DNA of 34,288 nucleotides from Candidatus Woesearchaeota archaeon (GTDB taxonomy: Archaea > Nanobdellota > Nanobdellia > SCGC-AAA011-G17 > GW2011-AR18), in assembly GCA_964524105.1 (NCBI GenBank), contig CAZGBX010000002.1, positions 3,653 through 37,940 of the forward strand, written 5' to 3'. Positions 8,563-17,531 of the stretch are shown here, in pieces. Each line of letters starts with the position of its first letter. The stretch's first letter is position 1. The notes beneath the pieces were generated by a model that was not told the DNA's origin, did no database searches, and saw only the letters and a program-made list of their open reading frames with translations. A program made the translations under genes and the position numbers.

Positions 8563-9849
8563 ATGAAACCAGGTGACAAATTCCAAATCACTCTAAAAGA
8601 TAATTCTAAAAAAGAAGGTTTAGTAATGCCAAGCAGAGACAAATCAATTCTAGTACTAAAACTCAAATCTGGTTACAACTTAGGAATAAAGAAAACTAAA
8701 ATAAAATCAAAGAAGAAACTAAAGAACACAACAAAAAAACAAAAAACAAAGAAAATCACTCAAAACAAGAAATTGAAGAAAATCACAATCCTACATACTG
8801 GTGGAACAATAGCAAGTAAAGTCGACTATACTACTGGTGGTGTAATCTCAAAGTTCACTCCAGAAGAAATCCTAAAAATGTTCCCAGAACTAAAATCTAT
8901 AGCTAACATCAGCTCAAGATTAATAGCTAACATGTGGTCACATGATTTAAGGTTCTACCATTACAATAAACTAGCAAAGGAAGTTCAAAAAGAAGTAAAG
9001 AAGGGCGCTAAAGGAGTAATCATCACCTTAGGAACAGACACTATGCAGTACTTGACATCAGCACTTTCATTCATCTTAGAAGATATAAACATCCCGGTAA
9101 TAATCACTGGAGCTCAAAGATCATCTGACAGAGGTTCTACTGACGGCGGAATCAACTTAATCGCAGCTTCAAACTTCATAACTAAAACTAATTTTGTTGG
9201 TGTTGCAGTTTGTATGCACGCAGACACTAATGATAATCTCTGTAATATAACTCACGGTTGTAAAGTTAGAAAAATGCACACTTCAAGAAGAGATGCGTTC
9301 AGACCAATAAATGTAAAACCAATAGCTCAAGTAGATCCAAAAGGTAACATCAAGTACTTATCAACTTACACTAAAACTCACAAAAACAAATTAAAATTAA
9401 AACTATTCAAAGAAAACATAAAAACAGGGATCTTAAAGATCCACACTAACATGTGGCCAGAACAATTCAAAGCTTACAAGAACTTCAAGGGATTAATTAT
9501 TGAAGGCACAGGTTTGGGGCACACCCCTGGTGAAGTTATGGACAAAGCTACATCATCACACAAGACTATCTTTAACGAACTAAAAAAACTATCAAAAACT
9601 TGTACGGTTGCAATGGCATCACAGTGTATTTACGGTAGGGTTGACATGAACATCTACACTAAAGGTGTTAAGCTACAAGAGATTGGAGTAATAGGGAACT
9701 TATGTGACATGACTCCAGAAACAGCATTCATTAAACTATCATGGTTACTTTCAAACTACAAGAAAAAAGAAATCAAAGGCTTGTTTGAAACTAACTTAAG
9801 GGGAGAACTAACTCCAAAAACAAAATTCACAGAGAAATTTTTACAATGA
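8563..9849 (+). CDS. gatD: Glu-tRNA(Gln) amidotransferase subunit D
   Basis: N-terminal LKLKSGYNLG; asparaginase-like TGGTIASKVDY, GTDT, GAQRSSDRGS and KMHTSRRDAF. Confidence 0.96.
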   Translation: MKPGDKFQITLKDNSKKEGLVMPSRDKSILVLKLKSGYNLGIKKTKIKSKKKLKNTTKKQKTKKITQNKKLKKITILHTGGTIASKVDYTTGGVISKFTPEEILKMFPELKSIANISSRLIANMWSHDLRFYHYNKLAKEVQKEVKKGAKGVIITLGTDTMQYLTSALSFILEDINIPVIITGAQRSSDRGSTDGGINLIAASNFITKTNFVGVAVCMHADTNDNLCNITHGCKVRKMHTSRRDAFRPINVKPIAQVDPKGNIKYLSTYTKTHKNKLKLKLFKENIKTGILKIHTNMWPEQFKAYKNFKGLIIEGTGLGHTPGEVMDKATSSHKTIFNELKKLSKTCTVAMASQCIYGRVDMNIYTKGVKLQEIGVIGNLCDMTPETAFIKLSWLLSNYKKKEIKGLFETNLRGELTPKTKFTEKFLQ

Positions 9850-10127
9850 TCTTTATACTCGATCTCCTAAGGAAAATACAAGAGGATAAAAGAGAAGATC
9901 CAAAAGCTTACTTAATCATTTACAAAGAGAGTAATTCTACTAAAGAACTTAAGTTCGATAATATTAAAGACATAAACAAACTTTATGTAATATTCGAACT
10001 AGAAAACAAACAATTCACAGTTCCTGTTCATAGAATAAGAGAAATAAGGAAAGAAAATAAAATATTATGGAAAAGGGAACAAGGACAAACTTCAATGGGG
10101 GAAACAATTCATGAAATGTGGAATTGA
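9846..10127 (+). CDS. MJ1316/DUF504 family putative RNA-end recognition protein
   Basis: C-terminal VPVHRIREIRKENKILWKR matches the family IPxHRI...WxR signature; translationally coupled to gatD and overlaps gatE. Confidence 0.7.
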   Translation: MIFILDLLRKIQEDKREDPKAYLIIYKESNSTKELKFDNIKDINKLYVIFELENKQFTVPVHRIREIRKENKILWKREQGQTSMGETIHEMWN

Positions 10128-11535
10128 GATCCATCAACAACTAGCAGGAAAGAAACTTTTCTGTAATTGTAACTCTATTATTATAGATGGTAAACCTGAC
10201 TTCACTTTTGAAAGAAAACTAAGAACATCTCAATCAGAAATGGGAGAGACAGACAAGGCAGCATTATTTGAAGCTGGAAAGAAAAGAACCTTTGTTTACA
10301 ATGGATACCACGATTCTAACTGTTTAACTTGTATAGATGAAGAACCACCACAAGAGATCAATAAAGAAGCTTTAGACATTGCAATGCAAGTTGCTTTACT
10401 ATTAAACGCTAAACCTGTAGACGAAGTTCAAGTAATGAGGAAAGTAGTTATTGACGGTTCTAATGTTTCAGGGTTTCAAAGAACAGCATTAATTGCAACA
10501 GATGGTTACCTTGAGACTTCAGAAGGTAAGATTGAGATAGAATCAATTTGTTTAGAAGAAGAAGCTGCTAAGAAACTTGGAGAAAAAGTTTTTCTATTAC
10601 AAAATAAAAACAAAAAGAAATACAATGTCTTCCAAATAAAGTATAATATTTCAAGATTAGGAATTCCTTTAATAGAAATAGCAACAGGTCCACAGATCAA
10701 ATCACCTGAAGGTGCAAAAGAAGCTGCATCTAAAATTGGAATGATCTTAAGATCAGTTAAGGGTATGAAAAGAGGGATAGGTTCTATCAGGCAAGATGTT
10801 AATGTTTCCTTTAACAGCCCAAGGGTTGAGATCAAAGGGTTCCAAGATTTACAATCTATTCCTAAAGTAATTGAATTTGAAAAGAAAAGACAAAAGAAAG
10901 AAGGGATTAAAGATGCTCACGTAAGAAAAGCAAATAAGAATTTAACAACTTCCTACTTAAGGCCAATGCCTGGTGCTGGAAGGATGTATCCAGAGACTGA
11001 TGTTCCAACAGTTCAAATAACTCCAAAGTATCTCAAATCTTTAGAACTTCCAGTTTTAATTGATCATCAAATAGAAGACCTAATAGAAGTACATAAACTA
11101 CAACCTGCACTAGCAAGAGAGATAGTAAAGAAAGATATTATTTTCGAACACTATTCCAATGAATATCCAAAGTTAGACACTAACTTAATTGCAAGAACTT
11201 TAATTGAAACTCCTAAAGAACTAAAATCAAGATTAAAACTTGACACATCTAAACTAACAAGTAAACACTTCCATGAAGTATTCAACTTACTTAATAAAAA
11301 GAAAATAAACAAGAACAACATCACTGGTACTTTAACTCAACTAATAAAAAAAGGTAAAGTAAACTTATCATCTTTTGAAACAGCATCAGATAAAGATCTA
11401 GAAAATGCTATAAAACAAATCATTAAGAAAAACCCTGGAATCTCTTTTGGAGGTATCATGGGAGACTTAATGAAGAAATTCAAAGGTAAAGCAGACGGTA
11501 AGAAAGCATCACAAATTATTAAAAAGTTGCTCTAG
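10111..11535 (+). CDS. gatE: Glu-tRNA(Gln) amidotransferase subunit E (short form lacking the AspRS-like insertion domain)
   Basis: KCGIEIHQQL, KLFCNC, IDGSNVSGFQRT, RLGIPLIEIAT, IRQDVNVS and LRPMPGAGRMYPETDVP. Confidence 0.95.
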   Translation: MKCGIEIHQQLAGKKLFCNCNSIIIDGKPDFTFERKLRTSQSEMGETDKAALFEAGKKRTFVYNGYHDSNCLTCIDEEPPQEINKEALDIAMQVALLLNAKPVDEVQVMRKVVIDGSNVSGFQRTALIATDGYLETSEGKIEIESICLEEEAAKKLGEKVFLLQNKNKKKYNVFQIKYNISRLGIPLIEIATGPQIKSPEGAKEAASKIGMILRSVKGMKRGIGSIRQDVNVSFNSPRVEIKGFQDLQSIPKVIEFEKKRQKKEGIKDAHVRKANKNLTTSYLRPMPGAGRMYPETDVPTVQITPKYLKSLELPVLIDHQIEDLIEVHKLQPALAREIVKKDIIFEHYSNEYPKLDTNLIARTLIETPKELKSRLKLDTSKLTSKHFHEVFNLLNKKKINKNNITGTLTQLIKKGKVNLSSFETASDKDLENAIKQIIKKNPGISFGGIMGDLMKKFKGKADGKKASQIIKKLL

Positions 11536-11577
11536 ATCACAAAAATCCTTATAAATCAAGCAAATTCTAGAATTCCA

Positions 11578-12390
11578 ATGAAAAAACTAACATATCTAAT
11601 ACTATTCATTCTTCTATCAAGTACAGTAATAGCAGCAGACCTATCAGACTTTCCTAGGCTATTCACAGAACACAAACCAGTACAATCTGTAAAAGGATAC
11701 ACTCAATCAGTTAGACACGTTCAAACATCAATGAATATTCTATCAATTCTACCTAGAAACATTGAAACAATAAACAGGATAGACAGAGACAGGATTGACT
11801 TAGGCCCAGACTCAATCAACTTAGAAGGGGACTTTATTTTAATAGGCGGACCATGCCAAAACCAAATCACAAAACACTTCTACCCTAACGCTGATTGTCT
11901 ATTTGGAATTACAGATGAAGATACAATCATCAAATTCGAACAAAGAGGACAACAAAGAATATTAGTAATCGCCTCAGGTTCTGATGAAGACTTATTCAAA
12001 GTTTCAGAACTAATAAAATCTAATCCTAAGATCTTAGAAGATGTAAACAAATCTGAAGTTATCTTAGATAGAAAACAAATCAAAGAAGAAAGAGAACCAG
12101 AAGAAGAAAACAAAATCCCTGATGAAATCGAAGATGAAGTAGTAACTAAAAAATCAGGCAAATGTTCAGCTTGTGAATCAGAATACGGTTGCCTAGACTT
12201 CCATGAAGTAACTTCAATTAACGGTAAACCATTCTACTGTGCAGACAACGCAAAACTAGCACAACAAAGAGACGTTGGAGAAGCTTGTAAACTAAACCAC
12301 GAATGTATTTTTAACAACTGTGATAACGAAGTATGTGGGAAAGCATCTTGTTGGAGAAGGTTTGTTCTCTGGGTAAAGAGCATCTTTTAA
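11578..12390 (+). CDS. Secreted S-layer-like protein with Cys-rich C-terminus
   Basis: Signal peptide, ADLSDFP, FILIGGPCQN; C-terminal Cys cluster and amphipathic tail WRRFVLWVKSIF. Confidence 0.6.
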   Translation: MKKLTYLILFILLSSTVIAADLSDFPRLFTEHKPVQSVKGYTQSVRHVQTSMNILSILPRNIETINRIDRDRIDLGPDSINLEGDFILIGGPCQNQITKHFYPNADCLFGITDEDTIIKFEQRGQQRILVIASGSDEDLFKVSELIKSNPKILEDVNKSEVILDRKQIKEEREPEEENKIPDEIEDEVVTKKSGKCSACESEYGCLDFHEVTSINGKPFYCADNAKLAQQRDVGEACKLNHECIFNNCDNEVCGKASCWRRFVLWVKSIF

Positions 12391-12415
12391 ATACTATTAA
12401 TTCTAGTTAACTACC

Positions 12416-12973
12416 ATGTTAGACAAGAGAGCATTCTCCCAGATAAGAAAGTCATTTGAAATCTTTGAAAAAAAAAGAGAAGAAACAATTCAAAAATCAA
12501 GAGAGATAATTCAAATTTCTAAGAAAATAATTTATGATTTACATCGTAATGATATGAAGTCAGCTTCAGAGGGAATAAAGAAAATAAATAGTTTAGTAAA
12601 GAAACTATCAAACAAGAAATTCGATACTGGTATGGGTTCAGTTGCTCAACAAGAATATGTTGAAGCAATAACTTTCTACGAATTCGTAAAGTTCAATAGA
12701 ATTCCAACACATACCAAACTTAACGTATCAGCACACAACTACTTAATGGGTTTGTGTGACCTAACTGGGGAATTAGGTAGATACTCAGTTAACCAGGCAA
12801 TAAAAAGAAAACACAAAGAAGTTTTCAAAGCACAACAATTAGTGGATGAGATCTACGGAGAATTTCTAAAATTCAACTTAAGAAACTCTGACTTAAGAAA
12901 AAAATCAGATGCAATCAAATGGAACTTAAAGAAGATTGAAGATTTAGTTTATACTATTAAAACAAAAAATTAA
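12416..12973 (+). CDS. Translin/TRAX (C3PO) family protein
   Basis: REETIQKSREI, QEYVEA, YLMGLCDLTGELGR and LRKKSD motifs. Confidence 0.88.
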   Translation: MLDKRAFSQIRKSFEIFEKKREETIQKSREIIQISKKIIYDLHRNDMKSASEGIKKINSLVKKLSNKKFDTGMGSVAQQEYVEAITFYEFVKFNRIPTHTKLNVSAHNYLMGLCDLTGELGRYSVNQAIKRKHKEVFKAQQLVDEIYGEFLKFNLRNSDLRKKSDAIKWNLKKIEDLVYTIKTKN

Positions 12974-14247
12974 TTTCCAACTAACTTAGCATTCTTAAAC
13001 ATAATGTGCGGCATGTAATAAGAATAATAATGACTTTGTTTATTCTCTACAGAATCAATATCCTTTAACATTTCAAAGAAGTTACCAGCTAACATTGAAT
13101 CTTTCAAAGCAAATTTAATCGCTCCTTTCTCAACATAAAACCCATTAACAACAGACAAAGAGAAATCTCCAGTTAAAGAATTTGCAGTATGATACCCCAT
13201 TAAAGAATCAACATAAATTCCTTTATCAATAGAACTAATCATTTTATCAAAAGTTTTAGAACCTTTATCAACATACACATTACTCATTTCAATAGACGGA
13301 GAATTTGAATAATTCCTAAAACCATTTCCTGTACTTTTAACTTTCTCAACATTGGCAGAGTAAGAATCATACAAGAAACTCTTCAACACTCCTTTCCCAA
13401 CTAAAACTTTCTTAGAAGATGGGGTTCCTTCATCATCACACTTGGTACAAGAAGATCCTTTAGTGCCATCATCAATCAAACTAAACTTTGGAGAAAACAC
13501 TTCTTTACCCAACTTATCTCCAAAACTAGACTGTTTCTTTTGAACATTATAAGCTGACAAGTTCTTAGCAAACAAAGTATCAATCATCTCAGCTAAAGCC
13601 TCTGGCCCAAACAAAGTTGGCACATCAACAGTGGGAATATGTTTTTTATTTTTTAACATTTCTAACTTAGCAATGTGTTTGTCTAATTCTGGTTTCAAAA
13701 TACTTCTTCCTGAATCTTCAAAACTATCAGACACTTTCCCTTTTAGTAACTGATAATAAACAGAATTTGAACTAAAGTCACAATCTACGTCCACACCTTC
13801 AGAATTAATGACCTTAACATTACTTAGGGATCTCCCATACCTACCTCTAATAATTTTTACTTTAGCTTTTTTCACACTAGAGACAATATCACTTGAGAAT
13901 TCATGCATATCTTCTATGTTTAAGTTAGTTAACTTTTTATCATAAGACTTAACATTTGGATACTTTCCTGGACAAGCAAACTTAACAAAGTCTGGGTCTT
14001 TCTTATTTAGTTTAGCAATTTTAATTGCATTGTCTACACATTTCCTAAAGTTTGGTACGTTATTTGTACTTGCAAATCCAATTTTATTTCCAATATTAAC
14101 TCTGACACCTAACCCGTCAGTAGAACCTTGGGAAACAAAATCAATCTTAGTATCACAAATTTCAAATCCTTCTCTGTTAGATTCCTCTAAGTAAATTTCA
14201 TACGAATCACAATTCTTCTTAACATAACTTTGTATCTTATCTATCAT
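12970..14247 (-). CDS. pmbA: PmbA/TldE family protein
   Basis: GLGVRV..GNKIGFA, DDEGTP, STGNGFR, ANSLTGDFS; no HExxxH; coupled to tldD. Confidence 0.9.
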   Translation of the reverse strand: MIDKIQSYVKKNCDSYEIYLEESNREGFEICDTKIDFVSQGSTDGLGVRVNIGNKIGFASTNNVPNFRKCVDNAIKIAKLNKKDPDFVKFACPGKYPNVKSYDKKLTNLNIEDMHEFSSDIVSSVKKAKVKIIRGRYGRSLSNVKVINSEGVDVDCDFSSNSVYYQLLKGKVSDSFEDSGRSILKPELDKHIAKLEMLKNKKHIPTVDVPTLFGPEALAEMIDTLFAKNLSAYNVQKKQSSFGDKLGKEVFSPKFSLIDDGTKGSSCTKCDDEGTPSSKKVLVGKGVLKSFLYDSYSANVEKVKSTGNGFRNYSNSPSIEMSNVYVDKGSKTFDKMISSIDKGIYVDSLMGYHTANSLTGDFSLSVVNGFYVEKGAIKFALKDSMLAGNFFEMLKDIDSVENKQSHYYSYYMPHIMFKNAKLVGN

Positions 14248-15599
14248 TTCTGACCACCAACTTTTGCAGTATCAATCTTCATATGTGGAGCACCATCAGA
14301 TACTGACACACTCTGCCCACATTTCCCGCAATGTCCACCCATACTAAAATCCAAATCATCACCAACCATACTTATCTCTTTCAAAGTTGTCATAATGTTC
14401 CCCATCAAAGAAGGTCCTTTAACTAAATGATCTATCTCACCATCTTTGATATAATAACCGTGTGAAGAATTAAACAAAAACTCTCCTTTTTGTGTATCAA
14501 CCACTCCCCCAGCAGAACCTTTCAAATAATATCCTTTCTTAATTGAACCAATCATTTTCTTAAACTTATCTTTCCCATTATCAACAAAAGTAGTAGTCAT
14601 TCTTGGAATTATCATTGAAGACAAAAATTGTGCTCTTCCATTACCTGTTGGCTCAACACCCATTACTGAAGCAGTTTCAAGTGAATGCAAATAACCTACT
14701 AACTTTCCTTTCTTAATCAAAGTAGTTGCACTAGCTTTTGAACACTCATCATCATAAGGTAACCACCCAAAGGTTTTCTTTGTTCCGTCATCTAAGATTG
14801 TTACTTTTGGATTTGCTAACATCTTATTCAACTTCCCTTTAAGCACAGACCCGTTTTGTAATACTAAATCAGCTTCAGTTGCATGCCCAACAGCTTCATG
14901 AGTAAAAACTCCACCCATATCTTGATCAACTACAACAGGAAAGTTTCCTCCAATAGCATGTTCAGCTTTCAACATCTTATGGGCCATATCCATTGACTCA
15001 TTAACTAACTTCTCTGCCTTATCCATAATTTCAAATCCTTTATGATCAAGTTCCCTTCTCAAAAACTGTTCTTGTTTACTCCCTTCCTTAGAAAAAGCAG
15101 AACTATAAAACGCAATTTTAGAATCATTCCAAGTAAAATCCTGACCATAAGAATTCAAAATCTTGTAATCTCTTAGCAACTCACCATAAATTTTTCTTAA
15201 AGAAACGATCTTTGGGAACTTCTTTCTATCACCTAATCCTAAAATCAAATCTTTTTTCTCTTTCAAACTAATCTCTTTTGGATCTTTTTTCAATATAGTC
15301 TTAATATTTTTATTAAATCCTGGAGATTCTTTAATCTTAATTTTCTTCTTGATGGTTTTAGCAGAAGCAATAGCTTTGTCAATTATCTCTTTCCAGTTTG
15401 GATGATTAGAATACCCCAGCCCAAAAGCTCCCTTATACAACACACGAGCAGAATACAACTTTCCTTCATTAGAGGTCAAATCTTTAACATCTTTGTTCAC
15501 AGTTTCAATCATACTATCTACAGAAGAAACCTCTTTCAATTCTACATAATCACAGCCCTTTTCTTCACCATATTTGATAAAAACTCGCATATCTTCCAA
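14244..15599 (-). CDS. tldD: TldD family metalloprotease
   Basis: HEAVGHATEAD zinc motif, PTGNGRA, PRMTTT and CGKCGQSVSVSDGAP. Confidence 0.94.
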   Translation of the reverse strand: MEDMRVFIKYGEEKGCDYVELKEVSSVDSMIETVNKDVKDLTSNEGKLYSARVLYKGAFGLGYSNHPNWKEIIDKAIASAKTIKKKIKIKESPGFNKNIKTILKKDPKEISLKEKKDLILGLGDRKKFPKIVSLRKIYGELLRDYKILNSYGQDFTWNDSKIAFYSSAFSKEGSKQEQFLRRELDHKGFEIMDKAEKLVNESMDMAHKMLKAEHAIGGNFPVVVDQDMGGVFTHEAVGHATEADLVLQNGSVLKGKLNKMLANPKVTILDDGTKKTFGWLPYDDECSKASATTLIKKGKLVGYLHSLETASVMGVEPTGNGRAQFLSSMIIPRMTTTFVDNGKDKFKKMIGSIKKGYYLKGSAGGVVDTQKGEFLFNSSHGYYIKDGEIDHLVKGPSLMGNIMTTLKEISMVGDDLDFSMGGHCGKCGQSVSVSDGAPHMKIDTAKVGGQK

Positions 15600-15669
15600 C
15601 TGTCTCGCCTTATATAAATACCTTTCCTAAGCGGAATATTTATAAGAAATAACCATGATTCAAACTCTA

Positions 15670-17037
15670 ATGACAAAAAAAACATCCTTTAGAAACTATA
15701 CTTGTGGTGAATTAACCAAGGAACATACTGGAAAAGAAGTGAAGTTAGTAGGTTTTGCAGATTCTGTTAGGACTCACGGTAAAATTGGTTTCATAAACTT
15801 AAGGGACAGGTATGGAACTACCCAATTATTCTTCAAGGGATTAGTTAGAGACAACATTGAAAACTTAAGAAAAGAATCAATATTACAAATTTTTGGTAAG
15901 GTTTCTGAAAGGCCAGAGAATCTTATCAACAAAGACATGGTTACTGGAGAGATAGAAGTAGTAGTTTCAAAGATTAATATTCTTAATGACGTTCCTGAAT
16001 TACCATTACAATTAGATGGTAAAGCAACTGAAGATACAAAATTAAAGTACAGGTATTTAGATTTGAGAATGCCAGAGATTCAAAAAAATATTATCTTAAG
16101 ACATAAGATTATCAAATCAATTAGAGATTTCTTAGATAAAGAAGACTTCTTAGAAGTTGAAACTCCAATTTTAGCAAAGTCAACACCTGAAGGTGCAAGA
16201 GATTATTTAGTTCCTTCAAGAATAAACAAAGGAAACTTCTTTGCATTACCACAATCACCACAACTATTCAAACAACTACTAATGGTTGGCGGTTATGACA
16301 GATACTTCCAGATTGCAAAATGTTTTAGAGATGAAGATTTAAGGGCGGATAGGCAACCTGAGTTCACTCAATTAGACTTTGAAATGAGTTTTGTTAACGA
16401 AGAAGATGTCTTTTCAGTATTTGAAAAGATGTTAAAGCACGTTTGGAAAGAAGTTCTAAACATTGATTTGAAAGTTCCTTTTGATAGGTTAACTCACAAA
16501 GAAGCAATGGAGAAACATAAATCAGATAAACCTGACTTAAGAAAAGATGGAGAAAAGTTCAAGTTCCTTTGGGTAACAGAGTTCCCATTGTTCGAATGGA
16601 ATGAAGAAGCACAAAGGCACATTAGTTGTCATCACCCGTTCACTAGTGTACACGAAGATGATATTGATAAGTTGGGTAAGTCATACGATATTAGATCAAA
16701 CGCTTACGACTTAGTTCTGAACGGTTGGGAGATGGGTTCTGGTAGTGTAAGGATTCACGATAGTGAATTACAAAGTAAGATATTTAAAGAACTTAAGTTA
16801 ACAGAAGAAGAAGCTAAACAAAAGTTTGGATTCTTCATGGATGCTCTAAAGTTCGCTCCACCTCACGCTGGTTTCGCAATTGGTTTAGATAGATTAGTTG
16901 CTTTGGCTGCAGGCTGTGATTCCATTAGGGATGTTATTGCATTCCCTAAGAACAAATTTGCAAAGGACGTTATGATGGACGCACCTGGTAAAGTAGACAA
17001 AGATCAACTAGATACCTTGGGTTTGAACTTAAAATGA
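15670..17037 (+). CDS. aspS: Aspartate--tRNA ligase, bacterial-type, lacking the GAD domain
   Basis: YRYLDLR, STPEGARDYLVPSR, ALPQSPQLFKQLLM, CFRDEDLRADRQPEFTQLD and IRDVIAFPK; ATG at 15670 lies about 25 nt after TTTATAA (15639-15645). Confidence 0.95.
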   Translation: MTKKTSFRNYTCGELTKEHTGKEVKLVGFADSVRTHGKIGFINLRDRYGTTQLFFKGLVRDNIENLRKESILQIFGKVSERPENLINKDMVTGEIEVVVSKINILNDVPELPLQLDGKATEDTKLKYRYLDLRMPEIQKNIILRHKIIKSIRDFLDKEDFLEVETPILAKSTPEGARDYLVPSRINKGNFFALPQSPQLFKQLLMVGGYDRYFQIAKCFRDEDLRADRQPEFTQLDFEMSFVNEEDVFSVFEKMLKHVWKEVLNIDLKVPFDRLTHKEAMEKHKSDKPDLRKDGEKFKFLWVTEFPLFEWNEEAQRHISCHHPFTSVHEDDIDKLGKSYDIRSNAYDLVLNGWEMGSGSVRIHDSELQSKIFKELKLTEEEAKQKFGFFMDALKFAPPHAGFAIGLDRLVALAAGCDSIRDVIAFPKNKFAKDVMMDAPGKVDKDQLDTLGLNLK

Positions 17038-17495
17038 TTCCTTTTGAAGAGATAAAGAAACTTCTTGAAGATAATAATTTAGAATTTCAAGTCTCTGAAC
17101 ACGAAGCAACTCCAACTTCTGAAGATTCAGCTAGGGTAAGAGGTTCTTCTATTGAGTCGGGTGTTAAAGCATTAGTAGTAAAAGCTAAAGACAAATATCT
17201 TATTTGTGCGATTTCAGCAGCAAAAAGGTTAGACCCTAAAAAACTTCAGAAACTTATTAACAAGAAAAAATCAAGGTTTGCAACTCCAGACGAACCCTTA
17301 AAACTCACTGGATTAAAACCTGGTTCTATTCCACCTTTCGGAATGATTTTCAACTTACCTACTTTAGTTGACCACTCAGTAAAAGAGCAAGAAACAATCA
17401 ACTTCAACGCTGGAGACTTATGCAAATCTATTTCAATGAAGTCTAAAGATTACATTTCTCTATTCGGAAATCAAACCCACGACATCTCTAAATAA
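17034..17495 (+). CDS. YbaK/ProX family aminoacyl-tRNA deacylase
   Basis: H..TPTSEDSA..RG, VKALVVK, RFAT, TGLKPGSIPPFG and FNAG motifs. Confidence 0.9.
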   Translation: MIPFEEIKKLLEDNNLEFQVSEHEATPTSEDSARVRGSSIESGVKALVVKAKDKYLICAISAAKRLDPKKLQKLINKKKSRFATPDEPLKLTGLKPGSIPPFGMIFNLPTLVDHSVKEQETINFNAGDLCKSISMKSKDYISLFGNQTHDISK

Positions 17496-17531
17496 TAATC
17501 TTTTTATACCACTCACCACACTATTCTAATC

